This document shows, in pieces, positions 36,358 to 47,972 of a DNA stretch of 64,000 nucleotides. The notes below the pieces were generated by a model. It had not been told where the DNA came from. It searched no databases and saw nothing but the letters and a program-made list of their open reading frames with translations. A program made the position numbers and the translations under genes. The first letter of the stretch is position 1; every line of letters begins with the position of its first letter. The stretch lies in assembly GCA_001804805.1 (NCBI GenBank), contig MHBH01000033.1, positions 62,882-126,881 on the forward strand, in the 5' to 3' direction. The DNA comes from Lentisphaerae bacterium GWF2_49_21 (GTDB taxonomy: Bacteria; Verrucomicrobiota; Lentisphaeria; Victivallales; GWF2-50-93).

Positions 36358-37146
36358 ATGTCAACGGCAAAAGATATTGTCAGGAAGATTGAAGAATGGT
36401 CCAGACACCGGCTGAACAAGGACGAAGGAATATTCCATGGAAAGGACACTATTCCGCTTACAGGAGTTACCGTATGCTGGATGGCGACTCCTAACGCCAT
36501 CAATGCGGCAGGAAAAAAGAAGAACCAGCTTCTCATCGTACACGAAAGCCTCTACTATCCATATGATGTCCAGAAATCGGACAATCCTCCTGCGGGCTGG
36601 GAAAAATGGGAAGTAAACAGGAAACGCAGGGAACTTCTTGACAAACATGGCCTGGGCTGCCTCCGCATCCATGGTTCCGCCGATGAGATCTGCATACTGG
36701 ATGATTTTGCCACGCTTCTCGGACTTGGCAAGGCAGTGGTCTCCGACGGAGTCCTGAAAGTGTATGAGATAGAACCTTGTTCGCTGGGAGAGCTTGTATC
36801 AAGGGTCAAGGAACGCATGAACATGAAATCTCTTCGGATCGCAGACGGCGGGGATCCGAGGAAAATAGTGAGCAGGGTGGGGCTCCCGTGGGGAGGACTC
36901 GGTCTCTTTGTCAATGTCGGATACCAGCAGAGGCTGGTGGAACAGGACTGTGATGTGTTCATAGCCGGTGAGTCCGACAACTACGGTTTCCGCTTTGCGG
37001 TCGAGTCAGGAATCCCTATGATCGAGACCGGACATGAACTGAGTGAAAATCCGGGGCTCCACCATCTGACGGAAATGCTTGCAGACGAGTTTTCCGATAT
37101 TGAATGGCAGTTCCATCTGAACAGGAACGTCTGGAAGATCAAGTAG
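36358..37146 (+). CDS. Nif3-family dinuclear metal-centre protein
   Basis: Nif3-like patterns VHESLYYPYD ... IAGESDNYGFRFAVESGIPMIETGHELSENPGL. Confidence 0.8.
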   Translation: MSTAKDIVRKIEEWSRHRLNKDEGIFHGKDTIPLTGVTVCWMATPNAINAAGKKKNQLLIVHESLYYPYDVQKSDNPPAGWEKWEVNRKRRELLDKHGLGCLRIHGSADEICILDDFATLLGLGKAVVSDGVLKVYEIEPCSLGELVSRVKERMNMKSLRIADGGDPRKIVSRVGLPWGGLGLFVNVGYQQRLVEQDCDVFIAGESDNYGFRFAVESGIPMIETGHELSENPGLHHLTEMLADEFSDIEWQFHLNRNVWKIK

Positions 37147-37238
37147 CAAATTGCCGGCTCCGTCAATTTGCGGTGTTCAGGTGTCGGGTGTAAGTGACCT
37201 TTGGAAAGAAAGACTTCATTGATATTGCAATTTGAATA

Positions 37239-37296
37239 AAGTATGTCGGGTTTCAACCCGACGTTTAATTGGTGGTTTAAAAACCACCTTACTTAT
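37239..37296 (+). repeat. REP family 1 (two-hairpin element)
   Basis: AAGTATGTCGGGTTTCAACCCGAC-GTTTAA-TTGGTGGTTTAAAAACCACCTTACTTAT. Confidence 0.9.
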
Positions 37297-37300
37297 CAAT

Positions 37301-37333
37301 AAAAAAAGGCGTGCAGTTTCCTGCACGCCTTTT
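37301..37333. terminator. bidirectional intrinsic terminator between Nif3 (+) and groEL (-)
   Basis: AAAAAAA-GGCGTGCAG-TTTC-CTGCACGCC-TTTT. Confidence 0.75.
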
Positions 37334-37403
37334 GATTTTCTGAGATTCGGTATCTGTCCCAGGTATTTACTGACACCTGAAACCCGACACCTGGTCTACT
37401 GAC

Positions 37404-39047
37404 TTAGTAGTCCATTCCTCCCATTCCACCCATTCCGCCGCCGCCGTGAGGCATCGGCATCGGTTTTTCCTTCTCAGGAATTTCCGTGACCATGCACTCG
37501 GTCGTCAGGAGGAGTCCTGCGATGGACGAGGCGTTCTGGAGGGCTGAACGTGTCACCTTGGTCGGATCGATGATACCGGCCTTGAGCATGTCCACGTATG
37601 TTCCTGTCTCAACATCGAATCCTTCGTTGACCTTGCGGTCAAGGACTTCGCGGACGACGATCGAACCTTCATACCCGCCGTTTGCGGCAAGCTGCCTGAG
37701 AGGTTCCTCTGTCGACCTTAGGACGATGTCGGCGCCGATGGATTCGTCACCTTCGAGCTTGAGGGCCCTTACGGCCTTTGCAGCACGGAGAATGGCTACG
37801 CCGCCTCCGGGGACAATGCCTTCCTCGACCGCAGCGCGTGTTGCGTGGAGGGCGTCTTCGACGCGGGCTTTCTTTTCCTTCATTTCAGTTTCAGTCGCGG
37901 CTCCGACGTTGATGACTGCCACGCCGCCTGCGAGTTTCGCAAGGCGTTCCTGGAGCTTTTCGCGGTCGTAGTCGGACGTCGTCTCCTCGATCTGCTTGCG
38001 GATGAGATTCACTCTTCCGATGATGGACGACTGTTTGCCAGCGCCTTCGACGATCGTGGTGTTTTCCTTGTCGATAGTGACCTTCTTGGCCTTGCCGAGG
38101 TCGTCGATCTTGACGTTCTCGAGCTTGACACCGAGGTCTTCAGTGATGCATTTTCCACCGGTGAGGATTGCGATATCCTCGAGCATGGACTTGCGGCGGT
38201 CGCCGAATCCGGGAGCCTTGACTGCGCATACCTGGAGGGTGCCGCGGATCTTGTTCACGACGAGTGTCGCGAGGGCTTCGCCTTCGACTTCCTCTGCGAT
38301 GATCAGCATGGGTTTGCCTGTCTTGGCGACGGACTGGAGAAGAGGAAGCATGTCGTTGAGACTGCTGATCTTCTTCTCATATACAAGGATGTAGCATTCT
38401 TCGAGAACTGCTTCCATCGTCTCTGCGCTGGTCACGAAGTACGGGGAAAGATATCCCTTGTCGAACTGCATTCCTTCGACGACGTCGAGGGTTGTCTCGA
38501 TTGACTTGGCTTCTTCGACGGTGATTGTCCCGTCCTTGCCGACCTTGTCCATCGCGTCCGCGATCTTGCTTCCGATTTCCCTGTCGCCGTTCGCTGAAAT
38601 AGTGGCTACCTGGGCGATCTGCTCGCGGTCACCGACCTTCTTGCTGATGTTCTTGAGTTCCTTGACGAGTGCTTCGACGGCCTTGTCGATTCCGCGCTTA
38701 AGGGCCATCGGATTCGCACCTGCGGTTACATTCTTGAGACCCTGGCGGTAAATCGCCTCGGCAAGAACTGTCGCCGTGGTTGTCCCGTCGCCTGCGATAT
38801 CGGATGTCTTGCTTGCGACTTCACGGACCATCTGTGCGCCCATGTTTTCAAAGGGGTCCTGGAGTTCGATTTCCTTTGCGACGGTCACGCCGTCCTTTGT
38901 CACGAGAGGCGAACCGAATTTCTTGTCAAGAACTACGTTGCGGCCTTTCGGTCCGAGTGTGGCCTTCACGGCCCTGCTGAGCTGTTCGATGCCGAGGAGG
39001 ATCTTCTTGCGGCCCTCTTCGCTGAACAAAAGTTGTTTCGCTGCCAT
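37404..39047 (-). CDS. groL: chaperonin GroEL (Cpn60)
   Basis: [42 protein letters not shown]..., [12 protein letters not shown], and C-terminal GGMGGMGGM tail. Confidence 0.98.
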   Translation of the reverse strand: MAAKQLLFSEEGRKKILLGIEQLSRAVKATLGPKGRNVVLDKKFGSPLVTKDGVTVAKEIELQDPFENMGAQMVREVASKTSDIAGDGTTTATVLAEAIYRQGLKNVTAGANPMALKRGIDKAVEALVKELKNISKKVGDREQIAQVATISANGDREIGSKIADAMDKVGKDGTITVEEAKSIETTLDVVEGMQFDKGYLSPYFVTSAETMEAVLEECYILVYEKKISSLNDMLPLLQSVAKTGKPMLIIAEEVEGEALATLVVNKIRGTLQVCAVKAPGFGDRRKSMLEDIAILTGGKCITEDLGVKLENVKIDDLGKAKKVTIDKENTTIVEGAGKQSSIIGRVNLIRKQIEETTSDYDREKLQERLAKLAGGVAVINVGAATETEMKEKKARVEDALHATRAAVEEGIVPGGGVAILRAAKAVRALKLEGDESIGADIVLRSTEEPLRQLAANGGYEGSIVVREVLDRKVNEGFDVETGTYVDMLKAGIIDPTKVTRSALQNASSIAGLLLTTECMVTEIPEKEKPMPMPHGGGGMGGMGGMDY

Positions 39048-39078
39048 ATTATTCTATCTCCTTTTATTGATTTTCTGG

Positions 39079-39378
39079 TTATTTCTCGATTACGGCGAGA
39101 ATGTCGCTCTGGCTGAGAATCTTGTATTCCTTGTCGTCATACTTGACTTCAGTACCGCCGTATTTGCTGGTAAGCACGATGTCTCCGACCTTCACGTCGA
39201 ATGCAATCCTCTTTCCATCTTCATCGACCTTGCCTGTCCCGAGTGCGATGATTTTCGCCTCAAGTGGCTTTTCCTTCGCTGAATCCGGGATGACGATTCC
39301 ACCCTTCATCTGCTCCATGTCTTCGATCGCTTCCACCAGGATACGATCTCCAATTGGCTTGATCCTCGATTTGCTCAT
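39079..39378 (-). CDS. groS: co-chaperonin GroES (Cpn10)
   Basis: [33 protein letters not shown]...; 99 aa; 31 nt upstream of groEL. Confidence 0.97.
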   Translation of the reverse strand: MSKSRIKPIGDRILVEAIEDMEQMKGGIVIPDSAKEKPLEAKIIALGTGKVDEDGKRIAFDVKVGDIVLTSKYGGTEVKYDDKEYKILSQSDILAVIEK

Positions 39379-39430
39379 TCTTCTACTCCTTCTTTATTGG
39401 TTAATGGTTATCTTTTGTCTTATAATTATA

Positions 39431-39450
39431 AAAATGCCGTCCGGCATTTT
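39431..39450 (-). terminator. probable terminator hairpin right after the dnaK stop
   Basis: On the minus strand, AAAATGCC-GGAC-GGCATTTT followed by TATAATT. The U-tract is partly inside the stem, so the call is weak. Confidence 0.45.
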
Positions 39451-41417
39451 TATTTGTCGTCGTCTACAACTTCAGCATCTACCACTTTTTCGTCGGATGA
39501 AGAGCCTTTCTTCTTCGAGGACTTCTGTTCCGATTCGTCCGGCCCCGAGGATCCTGGCTGTCCGCCCGCAGCCCCGGCTTGACCGCCTGCTGCACCGGCT
39601 CCTGCCTGGTTCGCTCCTGCCTGCTTGTAGATCTCCTCGCCGAACTTCATCAGATGCTCCTCGATTTTCTTCATCGTACCCTTCATCTTCTCGATGTCGT
39701 CGGCCTCCTTGGCCTTCTTGAGCTCCTCAATCCCTTCCTCGACCGGTTTCTTCACGTTGTCAGGAAGCTTCTCGCCGAACTCCTTCATCTGCTTTTCAGT
39801 ATGGTATATCATGGATTCGGCCTTGTTGCGGGTCTCGATCTTGTCCTTTTCGCCCTTGTCCTGCTCTGCGAACTTCTCTGCGTCCTTCACCATCTTCTCG
39901 ATGTCCTTGTCGCTGAGTCCCGAGCTAGCAGTGATCGTGATCTTCTGCACCTTGCCGGTGCCGAGATCCTTGGCCGTCACGTTGAGTATTCCGTTCGCAT
40001 CGATGTCGAATGTGACTTCAATTTGCGGAACGCCGCGCGGTGCGGGAGGAAGTCCTTCAAGACGGAACCTGCCGATGCTCTTGTTGTCGCGCGCCATTTC
40101 GCGTTCGCCCTGGAGGACGTGTATATCGACTGACGGCTGGTTGTCCGACGCCGTGCTGAATATCTCGCTCTTCCTGGTCGGGATCGTGGTGTTGCGTTCG
40201 ATAAGCCTGGTGGAGACTCCGCCGAGGGTCTCGATTCCGAGGGAGAGAGGTGTGACGTCGAGAAGAACAATGTCCTCGACGTGTCCAGTGAGGACTCCGC
40301 CCTGGATTCCAGCTCCGACAGCCACGACTTCGTCGGGATTTACACCCTGGTGCGGTTGCTTCCCGTCGAAAAGCTTTTTCGCGATCTCAACGACCTTCGG
40401 CATCCTGGTCTGTCCGCCGACCATTATGACTTCGTTTATCTTCGAGGCGTCAAATCCGGAATCTTTCAGGCAGTTCTTGACCGGAGTGAAAGTCCTGTTG
40501 AGCAGGCTGTCGCAGAGCTGTTCAAGTTTTGCTCTTGTCAGCGTCTGTGTAAGATGCTTGGGTCCGCTCGCGTCCGCCGTTATGAACGGCAGGTTGATGT
40601 CGGTGCTCTGGTTGGATGAAAGTTCGCATTTGGCCTTTTCAGCGCCTTCCTTGAGCCTCTGTAGGGCCTGGGGATCCTTTGTCAGATCCATCCCGTTTTC
40701 CTTCTTGAACTCATCGACGAGCCAGTTGATTATTGCGCGGTCGAGATCGTCGCCGCCGAGATGCGTGTCGCCGTTGGTGGATTTGACTTCGAACACGCCT
40801 TCGCCGAGCTCGAGTATCGAGATATCGAATGTTCCGCCGCCAAGATCATATACTGCGACGATCTCATCTTTTTTCTTGTCGAGACCATAGGCCAGGGATG
40901 CGGCGGTCGGCTCATTGATGATTCGTTTCACATCGAGACCGGCGATCTTTCCGGCATCCTTCGTCGCCTGGCGCTGGCTGTCGTTGAAATATGCGGGGAC
41001 AGTTATGACAGCCTCCTTGATCTCCTCTCCGAGATAGGCTTCGGCATCGGTTTTGAGCTTCTGCAGTATCATCGCCGAAATTTCCGGCGGAGAATAAATC
41101 TTGTCGCCGACCTTTACTGCGGCGTCGCCGTTCTTGGCCTCGACTATGTTGTAGGGCACGAGCTTGATCTCGTCCTTCACTTCGCTGTATTTGCGGCCCA
41201 TGAAACGCTTGATCGAGAAGATCGTGTTTTGAGGATTGGTGATGGCCTGGCGTTTTGCGGTCTGGCCCACAAGCCTTTCCCCGTTCTTCGTGAAAGCCAC
41301 GACCGAGGGGGTTGTGCGCATGCCCTCTGCGTTGGCTATGACTTTGGGTTCACCGTGGTCCATGACAGCCATACAGCTGTTGGTGGTGCCCAGATCTATT
41401 CCAAGTATTTTTCCCAT
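39450..41417 (-). CDS. dnaK: molecular chaperone DnaK (Hsp70)
   Basis: [18 protein letters not shown]..., [12 protein letters not shown], and an acidic C-terminal tail. Confidence 0.98.
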   Translation of the reverse strand: MGKILGIDLGTTNSCMAVMDHGEPKVIANAEGMRTTPSVVAFTKNGERLVGQTAKRQAITNPQNTIFSIKRFMGRKYSEVKDEIKLVPYNIVEAKNGDAAVKVGDKIYSPPEISAMILQKLKTDAEAYLGEEIKEAVITVPAYFNDSQRQATKDAGKIAGLDVKRIINEPTAASLAYGLDKKKDEIVAVYDLGGGTFDISILELGEGVFEVKSTNGDTHLGGDDLDRAIINWLVDEFKKENGMDLTKDPQALQRLKEGAEKAKCELSSNQSTDINLPFITADASGPKHLTQTLTRAKLEQLCDSLLNRTFTPVKNCLKDSGFDASKINEVIMVGGQTRMPKVVEIAKKLFDGKQPHQGVNPDEVVAVGAGIQGGVLTGHVEDIVLLDVTPLSLGIETLGGVSTRLIERNTTIPTRKSEIFSTASDNQPSVDIHVLQGEREMARDNKSIGRFRLEGLPPAPRGVPQIEVTFDIDANGILNVTAKDLGTGKVQKITITASSGLSDKDIEKMVKDAEKFAEQDKGEKDKIETRNKAESMIYHTEKQMKEFGEKLPDNVKKPVEEGIEELKKAKEADDIEKMKGTMKKIEEHLMKFGEEIYKQAGANQAGAGAAGGQAGAAGGQPGSSGPDESEQKSSKKKGSSSDEKVVDAEVVDDDK

Positions 41418-41662
41418 TGTATGATTCCTTTCATTTGTTTCGAAGTCTGTGTTTTCATGTCAGTGCAGACTCCAAGACTTGTTTTTGGTCATAGTATTAG
41501 CAATACCTATGCCAAGTAAATTTACTTAGTTGCAAGTTTATAATGATGAATAAGATATAAATTCAATATTCAAAACGCTTTTGCGAAATTCGCACGGCAT
41601 TATGTCGCTGACTGTGCCAATATGCGACAAAATGGCGCAGTAATGTGGCACAGGCAAATTCC

Positions 41663-41693
41663 CCGACCCTTGGGTCGGCTTTGATTTTCTTTT
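41663..41693 (+). terminator. terminator-like hairpin with no annotated upstream + strand gene
   Basis: CCGACC-CTTG-GGTCGG followed by CTTTGATTTTCTTTT. Confidence 0.4.
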
Positions 41694-41698
41694 GTTAT

Positions 41699-41790
41699 AA
41701 AGAATCTCCGGCCCGCCGTGAGGCGAGGGAGGGCGTCCGTAATACCCCGTTGCTTGCGGCGGAGATAGGATGGGCGTCAGGAGATTCTTT
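41699..41790 (+). other. structured leader candidate upstream of the DEAD-box helicase
   Basis: Perfect 11-bp long-range pairing of AAAGAATCTCC (41699-41709) with GGAGATTCTTT (41780-41790). Inner pairing CCGCCG/CGGCGG. Confidence 0.5.
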
Positions 41791-41860
41791 ATTCATCCTC
41801 TTGGTAATAAGTGGAAAACGCTGTCTATTAGGAGCTGAAAAATAAATAATAAAAGTACCT

Positions 41861-43144
<1,284 letters not shown>

Positions 43145-43224
43145 TCGCTGGTTTGGACGGAAGAATTATTTCTGGAAGATTATGCGTAGGGGAAAAGTAT
43201 GCGCATCCCACTTGACATGGATGT

Positions 43225-43293
43225 TTATTTCTTTTTCTTGGAACCGCATTTGCCCTTTGTGCATTTCTTTACTGCCTTTTTCTTTGTTGCCAT
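43225..43293 (-). CDS. 22-aa lysine-rich peptide MATKKKAVKKCTKGKCGSKKKK
   Basis: Too short for the ORF track. On the minus strand, ATG 43293 is preceded by GAAGGAGGTGA at a suitable distance; TAA at 43227-43225. Confidence 0.4.
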   Translation of the reverse strand: MATKKKAVKKCTKGKCGSKKKK

Positions 43294-43638
43294 TTGCTTG
43301 CTCACCTCCTTCAAATTTTTGAATTTTTACTTTCTACCGTGTGCTTTCTCAACAGATATTATCTATCGTGCATGACAAATTTAAGTCTTGATTTCCCACA
43401 TAATCCGCCTGAAAGCTATAACATATCATATTCTGAATACAAAGCAAGTTGTTTATCCTGAAGGACAAGGATTAAACGCGGTATTCTGCTGTACTGGAAA
43501 ACGCAAATATTCGTCGATGACATCATGATTTTACGGGCGATATTTAAAAGCTTTACTTGACTCAATAGGCTTTACTATTTGACGGATGAAATTCCAGATA
43601 TAATAAGTAAAGGATAAATATGAAGTAAAGGACAGTCA

Positions 43639-43878
43639 ATGTTTATTTCAACTGTATCAAGCAAGGGGCAGATAACCCTTCCGGTGTCGGCACGGGCAGT
43701 TCTTGGCATAAGGAAGCACGACAAGGTCTGCATAGAGACCGGCAAAGACAGGATAACAATCAAACCGGTTTTCAACATCCTGTCGTTTTCTGGTTCCTCA
43801 GGCAGGGCATTCTCTTCAGCAGACGAGAAAAAAGCTGTTAAAGGACATGTTTCCGCGAGGCATTTAGCAAGGAAATAA
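43639..43878 (+). CDS. AbrB/MazE/SpoVT-type DNA-binding protein (antitoxin-like), no adjacent toxin
   Basis: MFISTVSSKGQITLPVSARAVLGIRKHDKVCIETGKDRITIKPV is a SpoVT-AbrB swapped-hairpin pattern. Confidence 0.75.
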   Translation: MFISTVSSKGQITLPVSARAVLGIRKHDKVCIETGKDRITIKPVFNILSFSGSSGRAFSSADEKKAVKGHVSARHLARK

Positions 43879-44020
43879 CTTTTAAGAACACGCTAAAGCT
43901 GTGAACTCCAACTTAAGAAATCAGCCAAATTGCCGGCAGATAAAATCATTCCCAGTTTCGACAATCTCCTACGACGGACTGTTGTGAGCCACATCTCAAT
44001 ATTCTCAGGTTCTCTTTGTT

Positions 44021-46651
44021 CTATACCGAGCCCTGGAACTGATATTTCCCTGAGACTATCTTGAAAACGGCGCGATCATTTTCCATTTTCAGGAATTCAA
44101 CTCCGGAGGAATTGCTGGCAGGTTTTCCGCCTTCGAGAACTGAAGCGGAATCTTTTGCCGGGACATGGATCGTGGCAGTTGAACCTGCAGGAACCGCAAT
44201 GCCCCAGATGAATTTTCCGTTTTCAATTTTCCAGGAGCTTGAGATTTTTCCGCGGACGGACTCCAATGAAGCTTCAGCTTGAGTCAATCCTCCTCCGGGA
44301 AGGGGCCGCATTATTATATTTTTATATCCTGCGGAAGAAATGTCGATGTCGATTCCGGCAACTGTCTGATAAAGCCATTCACCAACTGCTCCATAGGCGT
44401 AGTGGTTGAAGCTGTTCATGCCCGGATCCTGGAACCCCTTGTCATGGCGCCAGCCGTCCCATCTTTCCCACATCGTGGTCGCACCATGCTTTATGGGATA
44501 GCCCCAGGAAGGGAAGTCATCATTAAGCAGCAGTTTGTATGCGAGATCCGCATGTCCGGTCTTGAGCAGCGCGAAAAGCAGGTATGGCGTGCCGAGGAAT
44601 CCTGTCGAAAGATGATTGTTGCATTCACCGATGCGCTGCACGAGATTTTCTCCGGCAACCTTGGTGCGTTCTTCTGAGAGCAGATCAAAGTGTATCGCCA
44701 GCACGTAGGAAGTCTGTGAACCGTTCACAATCCTCCCGCTGGGAGTAACGAATTCATGGTTGAAAGCCTTCTTGATTTTTCCAAACAGCGAACAGTAGCG
44801 TTTTGCATCCCCCTTTTTCTCCAGGACATCTGCGACATTCGCCATTATCTTCACGCAATAGGCATGGAATGCAGTGCCAATGAGTTCTTTCGGGGTATTG
44901 TCATTTATATTCAGCCAGTCGCCGAAGCAATGGCGTTTTTTCAAGTCGACAGTCGAAAGATAGTCGAGATAACTGGTCATTTTTTTGTAATGCGTCGCGA
45001 GAATCCTCTTGTCTCCGTAGCAAAGATAGATTGTCCACGGGCATATGATTGCCGCATCCGCCCAGCCTGCTCCACCATCACCCTCCCTCTTTCCAAGAAC
45101 ATCAGGGGCGACCATGGGGAAGGCGCCGTTCGGTGACTGTGAATCGGCTAGATCTGTCAGCCATTTGGTGAAGAAGGCAGACACGTCCATGTTGAAGCAG
45201 GCGGTCCTGACGAATGCCTGCGCGTCGCCTGTCCATCCGAGTCGCTCGTTCCGCTGAGGACAATCCGTCGGCACTTCCAGGAAATTGCCTTTCTGTCCCC
45301 ACTGGATATTATGCTGGAGCTGGTTCAGCATCGGATTTGAACAGCTGAACGAACCGGTGGGAGGAGTGTCTGAATGCAATACGACCGCAGTTAGGGTTTC
45401 CGCTGAAGGCTTGCCGGGGAAACCTGTGATCTCGGCGTAGCGGAAGCCGTGGAATGTGAAGCGTGGCTCGTATGTCTCGACGCCTTCACCCTTCAGTATG
45501 TATTCATCCGTGCATCTGGCGCTCCTGAGGTTTGTCGTGTAGAGGGTGCCGTCGGGATTCAGGATTTCGGCAAAACGAAGTTTGACAGTAGTTCCCTTGT
45601 CCCCTTGGACTTTCAATCTTGTCCAGCCGACAAGGTTCTGCCCGAAATCGAAGATGAAAGTTCCCGGCGTCTGTTCAGTTTGCAGGGAAGATTTCAGTTC
45701 CTGGATCTTATGGACACGCGGCGAAGGCGAGGCGTTCAATGTGGCTGATGTCGCAGGATGTACTTCCACGGATTTCCACTGGGAGTCATCGAATTCCGGA
45801 CAGCTCCATCCTTTCATTTCGAGGCGTGCGTCATAGATCTCGCCGTTGTATATGTCGGACTCAAGGATGGGGCCGGTCGAACTTTTCCAGGAATCATCCG
45901 AGACAATCAGCTCCCTTCCTCCATCAGAATATTCGATTTCAAGCTGGGAGAACAGGCGAGGGGGATGACCATATGTGTTGCGGTTGTTTTCCCACACGAG
46001 GAAACCGCAGAACCATCCATCGCCCAGGATTCCACCGATGGCATTGTCTCCTTCCCATATGAGAGGAGTCACATCATAAGTCTGATATTGGACGCGCAGG
46101 TTGTAGTCGGTCCATCCAGGGGTGAAAAGGTCGGTTCCGACACGTCTCCCGTTTATTTCCATCTCATAGAGACCGAGAGCCGAAACATAAAGGCGGGCCT
46201 TTTTTACAGACTTCTTCAGCTTGAACTTTTTGCGCAGATAAGGAGCAGGCGAACTTTTGTCCACGGCTGCCTTGATTCCGCTGGCGATCCATTTTGCCTT
46301 CCAGTCGGCAGGCTTGAGCAGTCCCATCTCCCAGCTCGCAGTCTCGCTCCAGGCGGATTCCTTTCCGTCCTTGTCCCATATTTTGACCTTCCAGAAACAG
46401 ACGTCGCGTGATTTCAGGTTTTTACCGGAATATTCAACATGGGATGACTGATCAGTTTCCATTTTTCCGCTGTCCCACAAGTCCCCCTTGTCCTGGGAAA
46501 GCAGTTCGGATGATGATGCAACCAATATCTGACAAGAGGATTGTCCCTGTCCGCGCACATCGGATCCAACGATCCATCCCAGGCGCGGTTTGACCACATC
46601 TACTCCGACTGGATTCTTCAAATATTCACAGCGTAATTTGCCTATGTTCAT
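44021..46651 (-). CDS. glycoside hydrolase family 78 (alpha-L-rhamnosidase)
   Basis: N-terminal LRCEYLKNPVGVDVVKPRLGW is typical of bacterial rhamnosidases. 876 aa. The central (alpha/alpha)6 region has DCPQRNERLGWTGD. Confidence 0.9.
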   Translation of the reverse strand: MNIGKLRCEYLKNPVGVDVVKPRLGWIVGSDVRGQGQSSCQILVASSSELLSQDKGDLWDSGKMETDQSSHVEYSGKNLKSRDVCFWKVKIWDKDGKESAWSETASWEMGLLKPADWKAKWIASGIKAAVDKSSPAPYLRKKFKLKKSVKKARLYVSALGLYEMEINGRRVGTDLFTPGWTDYNLRVQYQTYDVTPLIWEGDNAIGGILGDGWFCGFLVWENNRNTYGHPPRLFSQLEIEYSDGGRELIVSDDSWKSSTGPILESDIYNGEIYDARLEMKGWSCPEFDDSQWKSVEVHPATSATLNASPSPRVHKIQELKSSLQTEQTPGTFIFDFGQNLVGWTRLKVQGDKGTTVKLRFAEILNPDGTLYTTNLRSARCTDEYILKGEGVETYEPRFTFHGFRYAEITGFPGKPSAETLTAVVLHSDTPPTGSFSCSNPMLNQLQHNIQWGQKGNFLEVPTDCPQRNERLGWTGDAQAFVRTACFNMDVSAFFTKWLTDLADSQSPNGAFPMVAPDVLGKREGDGGAGWADAAIICPWTIYLCYGDKRILATHYKKMTSYLDYLSTVDLKKRHCFGDWLNINDNTPKELIGTAFHAYCVKIMANVADVLEKKGDAKRYCSLFGKIKKAFNHEFVTPSGRIVNGSQTSYVLAIHFDLLSEERTKVAGENLVQRIGECNNHLSTGFLGTPYLLFALLKTGHADLAYKLLLNDDFPSWGYPIKHGATTMWERWDGWRHDKGFQDPGMNSFNHYAYGAVGEWLYQTVAGIDIDISSAGYKNIIMRPLPGGGLTQAEASLESVRGKISSSWKIENGKFIWGIAVPAGSTATIHVPAKDSASVLEGGKPASNSSGVEFLKMENDRAVFKIVSGKYQFQGSV

Positions 46652-46855
46652 GATAATCTCCTTATGTTCAATTATATTTTTTATATCAATGCCCCTTATC
46701 TTAACTTGCGGCAGCAGGCATTCCTTGACTCAAGTATCATTTTATAGCACAATAATCCCATGGGGTCAAGCATGGGCTAGGTGTATATCCCCTTGTTCTC
46801 GGCCATTCAGGAAATATATTGTCAGATTGAGCATAATATTAAAGGAGGACTGATC

Positions 46856-47938
46856 ATGGGAAACGTATATTTCGCAAGTTCTGCGTTCAAGAGGCTTGAA
46901 GCCGAAGCGACTCTTCCAGCAAAATTCAACAGGATGCTGAAGAAATCACTGCCACAGGACAGATTCAAGAACAAGAAAATCTGTATCAAGATGCATCTCG
47001 GTGGGAATCTCGGTTACACTACAATCCATCCGTTCTTCATCAGGCAGCTCGTAGAGCACATCAAGAAGGGGAATCCGAAATCCGTCTTCGTATGCGATGG
47101 AGACGCCAACAACTGCGAATGGCGCGGTTACACCGAGAAATCCCTTGGAGCTCCGATCGTAGGCCTCTTCAGGAAAAATCATCCTCCGCTGAAAACATTT
47201 AAAATCGGCTTCCAGACCCTAAACGAGGCAAAGGTGTCGCAGGAAGTCCTTGACGCCGACATGATGATCGTGCTGAGCCATGTCAAGGGGCACGGAGACT
47301 GCGGATTCGGCGGGGCATGCAAGAACATCGCGATGGGTGTCGTCCCTGGAGAGACTAGGGCGAAGATCCACAAGCTCGAAGGAGGAATAAAATGGGACAA
47401 GTCAAAATGCATCCATTGCGGGAAATGCATTAAGGAATGCAGGAACAAAGCCAACAAATTCACCAAGGACGGCAACTACGAGATCTTCTACCACCACTGC
47501 ACATATTGCTGGCACTGCGTGATGTCCTGTCCGGTGAAGTCCCTGACCCGCACTGGAAACTCCTTCCAGCCTTTCCAGGAAGGGTTGGCGCTTGTTACCA
47601 AGGCTGTGGTCGACGATATGGGCGCGAAGAACATCTTCTACATAAATGTCCTCATGAACATAACGATCTTCTGCGACTGCTGGGGCATGAGTACGCCGTC
47701 GCTGGTTCCCGACATCGGGATCCTTGCATCGGACAATCTTGCCGGCATCGAGAAGGCGACCCTTGATCTGATCAAGACGGAGGACTTGCTGAAATCAGGA
47801 CTTCCCGTCGGGCGCAAACTTCTTTCCGGGAAACATCTCTTCGAGAAGATCCACAGGAAGGATCCATATCTTATAACTGGGATACTTGAGAAGAAGAAGC
47901 TTGGATCGAGGAAGTATAAGATGCTGGAGATAGGATGA
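46856..47938 (+). CDS. DUF362-domain protein with 2x[4Fe-4S] ferredoxin insert
   Basis: ATG 46856 with AAAGGAGG SD. Cys clusters CIHCGKCIKEC and CTYCWHCVMSCP. Confidence 0.8.
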   Translation: MGNVYFASSAFKRLEAEATLPAKFNRMLKKSLPQDRFKNKKICIKMHLGGNLGYTTIHPFFIRQLVEHIKKGNPKSVFVCDGDANNCEWRGYTEKSLGAPIVGLFRKNHPPLKTFKIGFQTLNEAKVSQEVLDADMMIVLSHVKGHGDCGFGGACKNIAMGVVPGETRAKIHKLEGGIKWDKSKCIHCGKCIKECRNKANKFTKDGNYEIFYHHCTYCWHCVMSCPVKSLTRTGNSFQPFQEGLALVTKAVVDDMGAKNIFYINVLMNITIFCDCWGMSTPSLVPDIGILASDNLAGIEKATLDLIKTEDLLKSGLPVGRKLLSGKHLFEKIHRKDPYLITGILEKKKLGSRKYKMLEIG

Positions 47939-47944
47939 AGAACT

Positions 47945-47966
47945 GCCGGCGAGACGCCGGCGCTCC
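47945..47966 (-). repeat. REP family 2 22-mer (reverse complement identical to 8284-8305)
   Basis: GCCGGCGAGACGCCGGCGCTCC, between convergent genes. Confidence 0.9.
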
Positions 47967-47972
47967 TTTAGA

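Noticed and set aside
37486-41519. Long + strand ORFs opposite groEL and dnaK (37486-37971, 37845-38504, 38776-39282, 39101-39721, 39694-40890, 40761-41519)
   Set aside because: They are antisense shadows of highly expressed, codon-biased chaperone genes. Their translations are Ser/Pro/Arg-rich with no recognisable domain.
39379-41640. CIRCE / HrcA operator or HAIR / HspR operator upstream of groES or dnaK
   Set aside because: Reading both strands of the two upstream regions, I found no match to TTAGCACTC-N9-GAGTGCTAA or CTTGAGT-N7-ACTCAAG beyond 4-5 scattered bases.
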